A stretch of 64,000 bases of DNA, from assembly GCA_051294375.1 (NCBI GenBank), contig CM119265.1, positions 5,565,696 to 5,629,695 of the forward strand, in the 5' to 3' direction. The notes under the pieces are model-generated. The model made no database searches and was not told the origin of the DNA. It was given only the letters and a program-made list of their open reading frames with translations. A program made the position numbers and the translations under genes. Positions 15,619-26,357 of this stretch are shown here, piece after piece. Each line of letters starts with the position of its first letter. The stretch's first letter is position 1. Source of the DNA: Paraspadella gotoi (taxonomy: Eukaryota; Animalia; Chaetognatha).

Positions 15619-15780
15619 GACCCGGTGGCTCATGGAGTAAAGCCATCAGCTCATGACGACTAGGTATTGGGTTCAATCCCAACACGTTACCCTCCCTGCG
15701 AGACCCGTTCCATGGCTTCTAAAGGGGGTTAAAGAAGTTGCGGATCGAACTCTTCGGCCCAACTTAGCGCCTTCTCCACA
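15619..15780 (+). mobile_element. tRNA-derived SINE-like element (or tRNA pseudogene with a GC-rich body)
   Basis: A-box-like TGGCTCATGG, anticodon-like loop CTCATGA and T-arm TTGGG-TTCAATC-CCAA (B box at 15670-15680). The acceptor stem does not pair, and ~90 nt of GC-rich body follows. Confidence 0.55.
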
Positions 15781-16990
15781 TATTTATTATAATTTCATCA
15801 ATTTTTCTCAAGGAAAATTATTATATTTAGGGACTAATTCTATATCACTCAGATCCTTGTATTCCGATGCTAGTGAGGAGTACAATATAGTATTTCTAGA
15901 TCTAATATCTTAGGCAGTGATCCTTTTTGAATTTTTTCATCACTTCATGAAAAAGACGCCAAGCACTGTTCTACTACAACAGAAAAAAGCGACCCATTAG
16001 CCAAGCTGCCATCAAGACCATCAATCTCAGGACACACGAATTCCAGCTTTGGAAACAAACTTTTTTTTTTCTTGAGGTCGAGTCCGCGGCGGCAGACTTT
16101 TCTCTCCCGCGGGCCGAACCCTTTTATCATCGCCAGTAATAGAAGGCTTTTCCCGGTTTCAAATCCCCTCTTTCATCATTCCCTCCTTTCGTTGCCTTCG
16201 AAGAATGTGCGGGGAGAGGGAGCGAGCGGGGAAAATTCAGGAAAAAAAGGAGGACGGCGGAAAGGGATGTCCGGAAAACGGAAAAAAAAGGACGTCGGGA
16301 AAGTGAAACAAGGAAATGGCGGGAAAAGTGAAAAAGTGTCGATTGACGAATGGAAATGAAAATGGGACGGTGGAAAAAAAAAAGAAAGAGCGCCCGATAG
16401 AAATTAGAAAGTAAAAAAAAGGGTGGTCAGGTAAAATGGAAAATTCACTAATATCTCATTTGCATATAGCAGTATTTTAAAAACGATCTTTGAGAAAAAA
16501 AAATATAGTAGCGTAAGCAGTAACTATACTAGATCGACTAATTTAATTAATTAAAAGTACATTTACCAAATCAGAATTACTTATTGAGAAGTGAGTAACA
16601 TATAAATGTTGTTAAGAGAAAAAATAGACTAATTACACCGTGCGTCAAATAATTAGTTTTTTTATTCGTTATAAGTTTTGCATTATTGTTAAGACGTTTA
16701 CAGAAGACCGTAATAAAATATTATAAAGAATCTTATGTGAACCACTTTTTCGTTCGTATATTTGAGAAGGCTATATTAGGCCTTGTGAAAATAAGAATTG
16801 GAATATATGCCTAAGCATTCTTCGAAAACCTTCCGTTTTTGCCTTTAGAATATTGGTTGTTGGATTTCTAATCGGAACCAGCTATACAATATATATCTAT
16901 TGAATAAATAACGTAACCGAGGCAAAAATTATATTTTCATAAGTATAATTTTTCGCTTGTAAAATCGAGATCGCTTCCCTTTTGTTTTGC

Positions 16991-19900
16991 ATGGTGAAAC
17001 ACTTAGTTGAAGAGCCATCTGTATTCAGTCGACGTCATTCGAATAAAAAGAAAAGAGCCGGGAAAGAATCGATTGCCGAACTTCTATTATCAGGTATGGT
17101 TGCATGCTGTAGCAATCACCTCGTTTATAAGCATAAAAAAGTGAATAGAATTTACGTTTATTTCAAACTTTAAGGCAAGATGGACGGAGAACACATTAAA
17201 AAATTGACAGACTTGGCTTTGAAAGGAGCAATAGGGAAAAAGAAACTTACATTGCACAAATCTAATATTGCAAAGTAGGATTGTCTTCCTGAGATGAGCG
17301 GCCGAGTGTTAATATTTAAATATTGAAATCTCTAAAACCTTTACTCATTAATTCCAGAAAAAAACCAACAAAAAATGTCGCCAAAAAGAAAAATGTAAGT
17401 TCTTTTGTGCGTCTTATACGACGGAAAACTAATATGTAGCATTTTGAAGAATATCTCTTGAATTTGAATGTTTTTAATTTAGGCTCTTGGCAAAAAAAAC
17501 TATGAAAAAATGTTTGAAGAGGAGTCGTCGAGCGAAGATGCTCTGCCTCATAATAAGGTACCTCTATTTTATTGGACTGTTATAAATAGAATTTAGATAA
17601 CTTTTTTTGATTAAATGTAGGGCGTCGCGGAAAAAGTTAGCACCGCGAAGAAATTCGGCTTTAAAACGGCTTTAGATTTTGGAGACGAAGATGAAGATGC
17701 CGATGACGATGACGACTCTCAAAAGGTTGTTCAAACTGCTATGGTAACTTTTTTTTTTTTTTTTTGCTAAGCTAACTTAAGTCAAATGCTTTTCCTATAA
17801 ATAAATTTTTATTGGAATTTCAGATATTTTTAATTTTTGAATTTCTGTAGAACTTAGGACGCTGTCCAGAGATGCATGTTTATTCAAGGGTTCATCTAAA
17901 AGATGTCGCTGTCACTAAAACGTAGGTTTTAATCGAGCATATTTAAATTGAAAACCATAATTAAAAAACAATGCAATGAAAAAAACATGCGACGTCCTAA
18001 TGTTTTTCGTTTAGTCGTATGGTATCAGGAGAAAAAAATATCGTCAAAAATACGGATTTTGAAATCGGAGAGGGAGGTAAATCATTATCAATATAAGTAT
18101 TTAATTATTAATGATTTTTAAAAAGTATTAAAAGTTTTTACCCTAAAACTTAAAAAAAAGCCGCGATATATCCGGTCCAAATGACGCCCGAAATTCATCA
18201 GACGCCGGAAGAAACTACTAAGGCGACGACGAATGTAAACTAACTTAAGACAACTATCACATCAAGCAACGAAAATCGATAAATCAGATCCCACTCTATC
18301 TCCAGCAGGGACCCGACTCAGCCGCGGCTTCGACGCCGATCCAGCCGTCGACGCTGCCGACGCTTCCGCCGCAGCCGACTCAGCAGGCTTTCACCGACGC
18401 GGAGTTGGAGACTTCGGGAGAGAGTCACGCCTCCAAATCCTCGTCGAAGGCGAAGGGCTCTCCTCCTTCCACCGAGGGTCAAATGCAAGAGGTGAATCGT
18501 AGTTAAATTTTTTTTTATTATAATTATTAATGATAAACGGCAATCCTAGAATCTAATATATATCCTTTCCGTTATTTCTTTTATGTAGTTATCATTTTGA
18601 CGAGTTTTATTAGAGAAATAATTTCTTTATGATCTTTGAGGAAGACGGAGGTCTTCGAAATATGGCGTTATACTACTAATGAAAGTCTACAGAGACTTCA
18701 ATATGACGTGATACGAAACAACTTGTAATATAATAGAAACGAAGAGCGATCAGGTTATAGAATTTTTTCATACTTTTTTGAGCTTGGAAAAAATTAAGGA
18801 ATGACGGCTTTGTTGATAAATAATAATTACCATAATAAATAAATTAGGTTTTACATAAGAATTTTTTTTTATAATTCATTATCAACTTGTAATTAAAGAC
18901 CGAAAATTAAACTACATCAATAAATAATAAATTATTTTCTTTCAGTGATTGGCATTCCTATCTTCATTTATTCATTCTTTTATATTTCTGTCGTTTTTTA
19001 AGGCAGAATCTTACTAGAAGAATCAAATAAAACAATATCTTTCCCCCGAGCGTTTAATATCCTCATTTGCAGCAAACTCACCATCAAAGAAGAGAGACGC
19101 AAGGAATAACGAGCGAATCGAATATGGAATCCTGGGATTCGGAGTCCATGGATTCGTCTAGCTTCGATTCGGAGGAGGAAGAGGAAGAGAGGCGAGTCAC
19201 GTGACTGAATAAATTTTTTTTTTCTTTTTAAGATGTATTCATACTACTACTAAGTTACTAACATCTCTTTGTTCCATTTCAATTCTAGATCCGGCGAAAG
19301 TTACGGTAAATTATTATCCCGCCAACCTTAGTTAATCCGACATTCTAAATACTGCTACTTTTTCTTTGTGGCGGGAAGATTCTAAACTTTATGAAAGACG
19401 GAGGGCACGATCAACAAAGATTTGGAAGGCGCCGATTATCGTGAAGGACGGACACGAGGTCGAGCTCAATAGGTTTGTTTATTTTTATTGTTTACATTTA
19501 TATTCATATTTTTTGTCGGTATATTCACACCGCCTCACGTCCACTATCGTTCAGCCAATACCGTTGACTCACAGGGGGAACGCTCCATCCCAGGCGTTGT
19601 GTTCCATCCACGGTCCTAACGACTGCCATCTGCGTTGGCATAGCAGAGACCGTCCTAGGGTAACCGCGCCAGTGACTGGAGGCGTCACTGAGGGTCGGAA
19701 GCCGTCAAAGCCAACAGTGTGATGCCCCATGGCAATGGGCAACGCAGACAACCCGGCAGTTGCTATAATACATCAATTTTTTGATTGAAACCGTTTCAAT
19801 TCTCCACAGTTATGATTCCTACATTTCCGGACCGAACGATGCCGACGTTTCAAGGTCCCACACCGAAACAGCGACCAATTCACTGATGTCATCCAAACAA

Positions 19901-22148
19901 AGCGACGCCCTTCCCACGCCGCCGGAGAAGCCGAAACGGTCTACGACACCGGGCAAGTCAGTTCCGGCGCTCGCGCTTGCGATTCCGGCGTCAAAGGCGG
20001 AAAGACCTTCGTTGTCGTCGCAGCAACTGGGAAAACCACAGTAATCAGAAATGATGCTTATGTGTTTTTTTTTTTTTTTAAATTGTTTTCTCCACAAAGT
20101 TTCGTTTAATATGTATTCTTCTACAATGATAAGTTTTATTAATTGTGGAGATCCAATTAGATCCATCTATCAGTCCGTTCATCTCCGATGAGATGGGTCA
20201 GTTACATGCTGATCGTTGAATATTTTAAAAACATTAATAAATATCACTGGAAAAAATGGCTCACGCTTTAAGTAAGAAGTTAGAAAAAAAAAAAAACTTA
20301 AAAGAAAAAAAATACAATTTATTGTCAGCTCCTTTTTCAAAATGCCCATGGAAGACAAGCCCTCCTTAATCACCCTGCCGCTCCTGGGCACCCCGGCCGA
20401 TTATTACGAACCGGACATGTGGTCTTCGATACTGTTGAAAGAGAACGATGACGACAACGATCGATTCCGGCCCAAACTTGATCGGGGAATCAACGACCCC
20501 GGCGAACGGGCGACGAGGGCGTCGGGGCGCCGTTGGAGCGGCACCGCCGGATCCCCGACCGTCTCTAGCATTCCCGTCGACGACGACGTGGACGACGCCG
20601 AGATGAAGCCGCGTCGACGGCGCCGCAAGATTCCGACGAAGAAACGGCGGCGACGGACGGCGGTCAAGAGGCGGGACGACGTCTTCGTCCAAGCCTCGAC
20701 GGTCGAATCGGAGGAGGAGGCGAGAGTAATGAGGAAAGTGTTCGCGGACAGAAGGGAGACCGTCGGGCCGAAGGTGTTTCAGATGGCACGAGTGGAGTTG
20801 GCCGAGAGGTGAGCGAAAAGTAATTTTGTTTAAAAGCTGAGGTTGTTTTGGGTCGTTCTATCTATCTCCACCTATCGGTCTGTCCCTTTTGTACTTTTAC
20901 GTAACCAATATAATACTTGGCAAAGAGGTGAGACGCTTTGTTGATCGGGTAGTTCCATCTTTTTTATCGAGCCTTGACCGGCGAAGCCGGGTCAGGCTCT
21001 ATAATGTTTTAGGGTTGCTTCTTTGTGACGTAGTCGTCGTCGTCGTCGTCGTCCGTCACGCTGTTTTCATATATAAAAACTACTACGCTTTTATAGGTTT
21101 GGCTGTGACTTACCGTTTTTTTTAAATAAAAATTATTATGAATTATGATAAAGTTTTACAAAAGTGTGCGATCATAGTAAGTTAAAAAATTTAGATATGG
21201 CTTTTCATCTTGAAATAGCTGTGATATTTTCATATTACATTTGGATTTAAGTATTTTTTGTTTGAATTTCCACTTCATTATGATTTACTGCAATATGCAA
21301 ATAAGATTAAAGTACTCCTTATAATATCCAAATTAGTATATAGAAATGCTTTAATCTAATTTACATATTGCAGTATATAATATTGAAGATGAAATACAAA
21401 AAATTTGTTTTAAATTTTTAATAAAAATGGGAACTCAAAGGATTTTTTTAATGAGAAGCTATATCTTAATTTTAATACAAATATAAATTAAAGCTTTTAC
21501 AAGCTGCGATTGGAAAAAATTGGAAAAATTTCCAATTGTAAACAATTGTAACATATTTTTTGCCTTTCTTTATTTCTTTAAATTATATATATATTTTTTT
21601 TCCTATATTTGTCAGTTGCTGCTTTTTCTGAACCCTTAAAAAACGAGTTCAGGTTCTGCAGTGACTGTTCAGCTGGCTTCCAGCTTTCTCTTTCTTTCTG
21701 TCTCTTTGTCTCTCTTTTTATCTTTCTGTCTCTCTTTCTCTCTCTTTCTGTCTTTCTGTCTCTCTCACTCTGTACGATCGTTCGTTTTTTTGAAAAATTC
21801 TGATTATTTTTTTCCTTCTCAAAACTTTATTATCGCCATTTATTCCGCGCTTTTTTTTTCAATACAAAATCCCAAATTTATATCACTATTGGCAAATTAT
21901 ATCTAAAATAGGAGTTGATAAGAGAGATATAGTCAAATTAAACATTACTTTTTTTTGTTATTCTGATAATTTGTACTATTATTAAATTTATAAATATTTT
22001 TAGTGTATATATTTAATCATTTTTAACTTTTTTTAAATAATAATTATTTGAGTTGTGATAACTATTTATAAATTAATTAAATATGCAAATATTAAATTTG
22101 ACCTCGGTCTGGTTTCTTCCTAAAAAAAGAACAATCTTTTTCTCTCTA

Positions 22149-22207
<59 letters not shown>

Positions 22208-22565
22208 TTTTTTTTCCTTCTAAAAACTTTTATTATCGCCATTTATTCCGAGATTTTCGTGGATTTTTTCCTTCTAAAAACTTTTATTATCGCCATTTAT
22301 TATTTTATCTCAATACAAAATCCCAAAATACAATAACTTACTTAACCTAGATTTCGTGGTCGTTGCGGAGCAACAAGTAAACAATGTCGAGGAACATGAC
22401 CTAATAACGCGTTACGTGTATAAAAAAAAATCAACATAGACCCAATTTCACGACGCCGTTGCGAGGCAACGGATAACCGATATAAACGAGAGTGACCTAA
22501 TAATGCGTCTCGTTGGTGGGAAAACTCTCTCTCTCTCTCTCTCTTTCTCACTCTCCCTCCCTCTT

Positions 22566-22622
<57 letters not shown>

Positions 22623-22797
22623 TTTTTTTCCTTCTAAAAACTTTTATTATCGCCATTTATTCCGCGCTTTTTTCTCAATACAAAATCACAAATTTATATC
22701 CGAGATTTTGTGGATTTTTTTTCTAAAAATTCTGATTATTCTTTATATAAACGAGAGAGACCTAATAATGCGTTTCGTTGGCGGGAAAACTGTCCAG

Positions 22798-22861
<64 letters not shown>

Positions 22862-25350
22862 ACTCATTTGTTTGTTTTATTTACGATGAATGATTCAGCG
22901 CGTCAATGAATCACTATCATCGCATCAATGAATGACTATCATCGTATCAATGAATGATTATCATCATATCAATGAATGACTATCATCGCATCAATCATTT
23001 GATTATCATCACATCAGTCATTTTGTTATCATCGCATCAATTATTGGTTATCATCGCGTCAATATTTGGTTATCATCGCATCAATATTTGGTTATCATCG
23101 CATCAATATTTGGTTACTATCGAAAGCGGCTCGATCTTTATGCTTTTAAGATTTTTTAGATATAATTACAAATAAACCGAAAGATTATATACAGCAAAAC
23201 AATTTAGAATTACCGTTTCTCTCATGTTATTTATGTTATTTATATTTGTTTTAAGTCAAAATCGAGAAGATTTCTTCGAGCCTATCGCCATCGCTCCAGA
23301 TCAGGAGGACTCCATCGCTCGCTCACAAGCCGATGCGAGAGATTTCGAGGTTAAATTGTTTAATTTTATTTTTACAATGATCGTTAAGGCTGTCATATCA
23401 GTCAATATCAGTCAACGAACCTCCTGGCGTTGAAAGCGAACCAAAACGGTTACGGCTCCGGAAAATCTTCAGTGTCGACCACGGGAGAATTCACGGCGAT
23501 TAACGAATTCGAGGTTGTGAATTTTTGACTTCCTTTACTGGTGACTAGTTTTCATAAAGTCTAACATAAAGAACTATACGGTTACGAAACATTGCGATAA
23601 TATGCAATTTGGATGACATTTAGGGTTCAAAAACCGCACTTAAAACTTCTTACGATCCTTCAAAGGAATCTCGCTCGGACTCTAAGCGCACCCTGCCGCA
23701 ACAATACGTGACGCCGACCAGTCTCGGTTCGCCTCCGCCTCAACGCCCGCAACTGACGTTCACGAGGGCGTCGAGGGAGGTGGAGGTCGTTCAGATCGCG
23801 GACAAGGAAGAGTGCAAGTCGGCCGCCGACGACGGGATCGACCTTCACATGGCGAGCGGTCACGAGCCGAGGAACGGAGCCAGGCAAGAGTCCGCTCCAG
23901 TCGGCAGGCTCACGTACGAACTGCGCGTGCCGCGTCCGTCCCCTTCGGCCGAAATGCGGATGCGGGAGTCGGTTACGAGGGAGAAGCCGCAGGGAAGGGG
24001 TGGACAGGGGTAAGGGGTTGTGGGGTTTTACTATAGTTTTTTTTTATTTGTTAAATTTTATTGTTTGTTTTGTTTTTTGGTGTTTTTTTTTTTGTTTTTG
24101 TTTTTGTTTTTTTTTGGTTATTTATTTGATTCCGATCTCCGACCGAATTTCATGGCAGAACAACGATTCATTGGACGCCGGCGTTGCGGTTTTTGGAAGC
24201 TGCCAAGGAGCGAGCCAAAATGCGAGGAAAGTGAGTTGTCGGAAGGGAATTGATTTTTAATTTGGAGATTGAGGGTTGAAAAAGCTTTGATGCTCTGAAA
24301 TTAAATCGCTTCATGCAAACGAGATTTTCTATTAAAAGCAGAATAAAGGACAGCAATTTACGGGAACCTAAGAAAATAAAAACGGCCAGCGTTTTTGAGA
24401 GCGTACGTACGTCATGAATTTAAACTCGTCACTCAGATACCAATACAGCGAACGCTTGGGTCGATACATTTACCTTTCCGATTCCGATCACGAGGAAAGA
24501 TTTTCCGCGGACTCGTCGGAATCTGACGAAGAAGTCGACAGGAAAATTCCGCGAATATTCCGGCGGAGCAGCGGCTCCGCCGCCGCAGGTCAATTCTTAG
24601 AAATGAATATATATTATATAGATAATCGCTGTCTTCGTTTTAAATTGTTGACGTTAGTCGAAACTCAGTAAGATTGCTTTTAATTCGGTAGGTCAGTCTC
24701 TCTGTCAGAGGATATTATGTATAAAGCTAGTTTATAAAATCTCGACAGATGTCATTTATTGAGGATTCCTTAATTTTTTTTATCACCAAAGATCATTTGA
24801 TTTATTACTATTTATTTATTTATTCATTTATATATAATTAATTATGCTTCTAAGCGTAATATGTTTTAATTTAAAAAAAAACAACTCGGTATCATCAGCG
24901 AGCGAGGCCCAAGGAGAGATCCTCGCCCCTCATCAAAATATTAGTCGCCACAGTTCCATCAACGAATCGAGCGAAGAGGAGTGGCACGAGAATCGTTGGT
25001 CCGACAGGTAAGGCGCGAGGTAAGGTTCATTTTCTATCTTTCACTACTCTTTTATTGTATCAGCGACGATCTGGACTACGATGTTTGGTTGGCGAGGAGA
25101 ACCCGAATCCCTTTGGTTTGGGTTCATTGGGAGAAGAGGAAAGCTTTGAAGCGTCTGGCAGAACAGTTCAAGGTTAAGTCACCTTTTATCTTTCTGTTTA
25201 TTTTATAAGACATTTAAAGTTCAAAAGTCATTTAAATTTCGATCGTTCGCTTTTCTCTCGCAGAACGCCCCAGACACACTGCGAAAGCTGAGTTTTCGCT
25301 ACGATATGGATGAACTTGAAAACTACGCTCGAAGTTTGAGGATCAATTAA
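16991..25350 (+). CDS. 22-exon gene for a ~952-aa low-complexity (Lys/Ser/Pro/Glu/Arg-rich), probably largely disordered protein of unknown family
   Basis: Manual splicing gives one stop-free frame of 2859 nt with matching phase at all 21 junctions. Exons: 16991-17093, 17175-17274, 17358-17394, 17483-17557, 17621-17743, 17851-17921, 18015-18076, 18161-18234, 18288-18491, 19073-19191, 19289-19305, 19379-19472, 19810-20040, 20329-20808, 23256-23349, 23412-23513, 23666-24009, 24159-24230, 24437-24588, 24899-25007, 25064-25172, 25264-25350. The protein starts MVKHLVEEPSVFSRRHSNKKKR and ends ...DELENYARSLRIN-TAA. Most exons are GC-richer than the AT-rich introns, and AATAAA follows at ~25438. The true start and some junctions are uncertain. 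Confidence 0.8.
21190..21470. mobile_element. AT-rich fold-back / MITE-like element in intron 14 of the 22-exon gene
   Basis: actgcaatatgcaaataagattaaagta (~21287) pairs with tgctttaatctaatttacatattgcagt (~21347). The outer pair is agatatggcttttcat with atgagaagctatatct. Confidence 0.5.
21800..22800 (+). repeat. Intronic mosaic of dispersed short repeats interleaved with (CT)n
   Basis: ttttccttct(a/c)aaaacttttattatcgccatttatt recurs at ~21810, 22211, 22264 and 22624. gacctaata(a/c)(t/c)gcg recurs at ~22398, 22494 and 22759. Confidence 0.8.
22903..23122 (+). repeat. 22-23 bp minisatellite, ~10 copies
   Basis: Units grade from tcaatgaatgactatcatcgca into tcaatatttggttatcatcgca. They are head-to-tail with no spacers. 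Confidence 0.9.
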
Positions 25351-25437
25351 TTTGATGATAAATTTTAATTAGTTTCATTGACAATTTAATCGCCTCTAAT
25401 GTTGAAAACTTATTGAATGTTTTCTTGCATGCCTGTT

Positions 25438-25443
25438 AATAAA
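25438..25443 (+). promoter_or_regulatory. Likely polyadenylation signal (AATAAA) of the 22-exon gene
   Basis: AATAAA lies ~90 nt after the TAA stop at 25350. The AT-rich background limits certainty. Confidence 0.45.
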
Positions 25444-26357
25444 AATTAAAATGATTGAAAATGTTTCGTCTTGTAGTTTTTTTTTTTTAATTGCTTAACT
25501 AAGACAAATAGAAAAGAAAATAATAATTATGAATTTAAAAAATAAATATTTCAGCGTGAGGGCAGCATTGGCGAAAATGTGCAAGAAATGAAATAGCAAT
25601 TTCACTTCTTTTTTTTTTTTTGCCTAAAAATAGGAAAATTAGAAATAAAAGAACGTTTTGAATTTAAAAATGTTATATTTAAACCAAAGGTGATCATTAC
25701 GTCGCATAGCCCGGATGAGACGAATCAGAAATCAGTTTTTTCAATAGAGTGGAGCACTGGGGAACATAAATTTTATTTAAGTGAACAAACAAGGATATTT
25801 AGACATGAGATAGTATGATTAAGGAGTATAAAAAATATTTTGCTTATATTGTTTGGGAACAGTATCATTAATTACAATATATTTATAGTAATATGCTTTT
25901 AAAATCAAAAAATTTTCAAAATAATTTTTTTTAAATTTTTATTAAAGATTCTTATTCTTCATAAAAAGTTAGATCAAAAATATAAAATATGTTATTAAAA
26001 ATTTCAATGTTTACAGCGTCAAAAATAGAAAAAAAAGGTCAAATTTTCTACTTTTCCATGCTTTGTAGTAGAAACTATTATATGATAAAACATTTTGGTC
26101 ATTTTTCGCAGCTTTAACCTAAAAATATCATGTAACATATTTTACAAAAGTTTTTCAGTTTTTTCCGGCAAATCCGAAACTGTTCTTAAAATTTAAACAA
26201 TATGATTTTAAAATTTTATGATTTTATAAGGATATTACTATAAAAAAATTCAATTAATGATACCGTTATGCAATTTTTTTTTGAAAAAGGGTTTAATTAT
26301 TTTTTATTACATAAACAAAGGTCGCAAAAAACATTGTTCCATCCCTCAATGTTTTCA

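Noticed and set aside
15619-15691. Functional tRNA-Met gene
   Set aside because: The acceptor and anticodon stems do not pair, so it is treated as a SINE head or pseudogene.
22903-23122. CRISPR-like appearance of the 22-bp repeat array
   Set aside because: The units are contiguous with no unique spacers, there are no cas genes, and the context is a eukaryotic intron.
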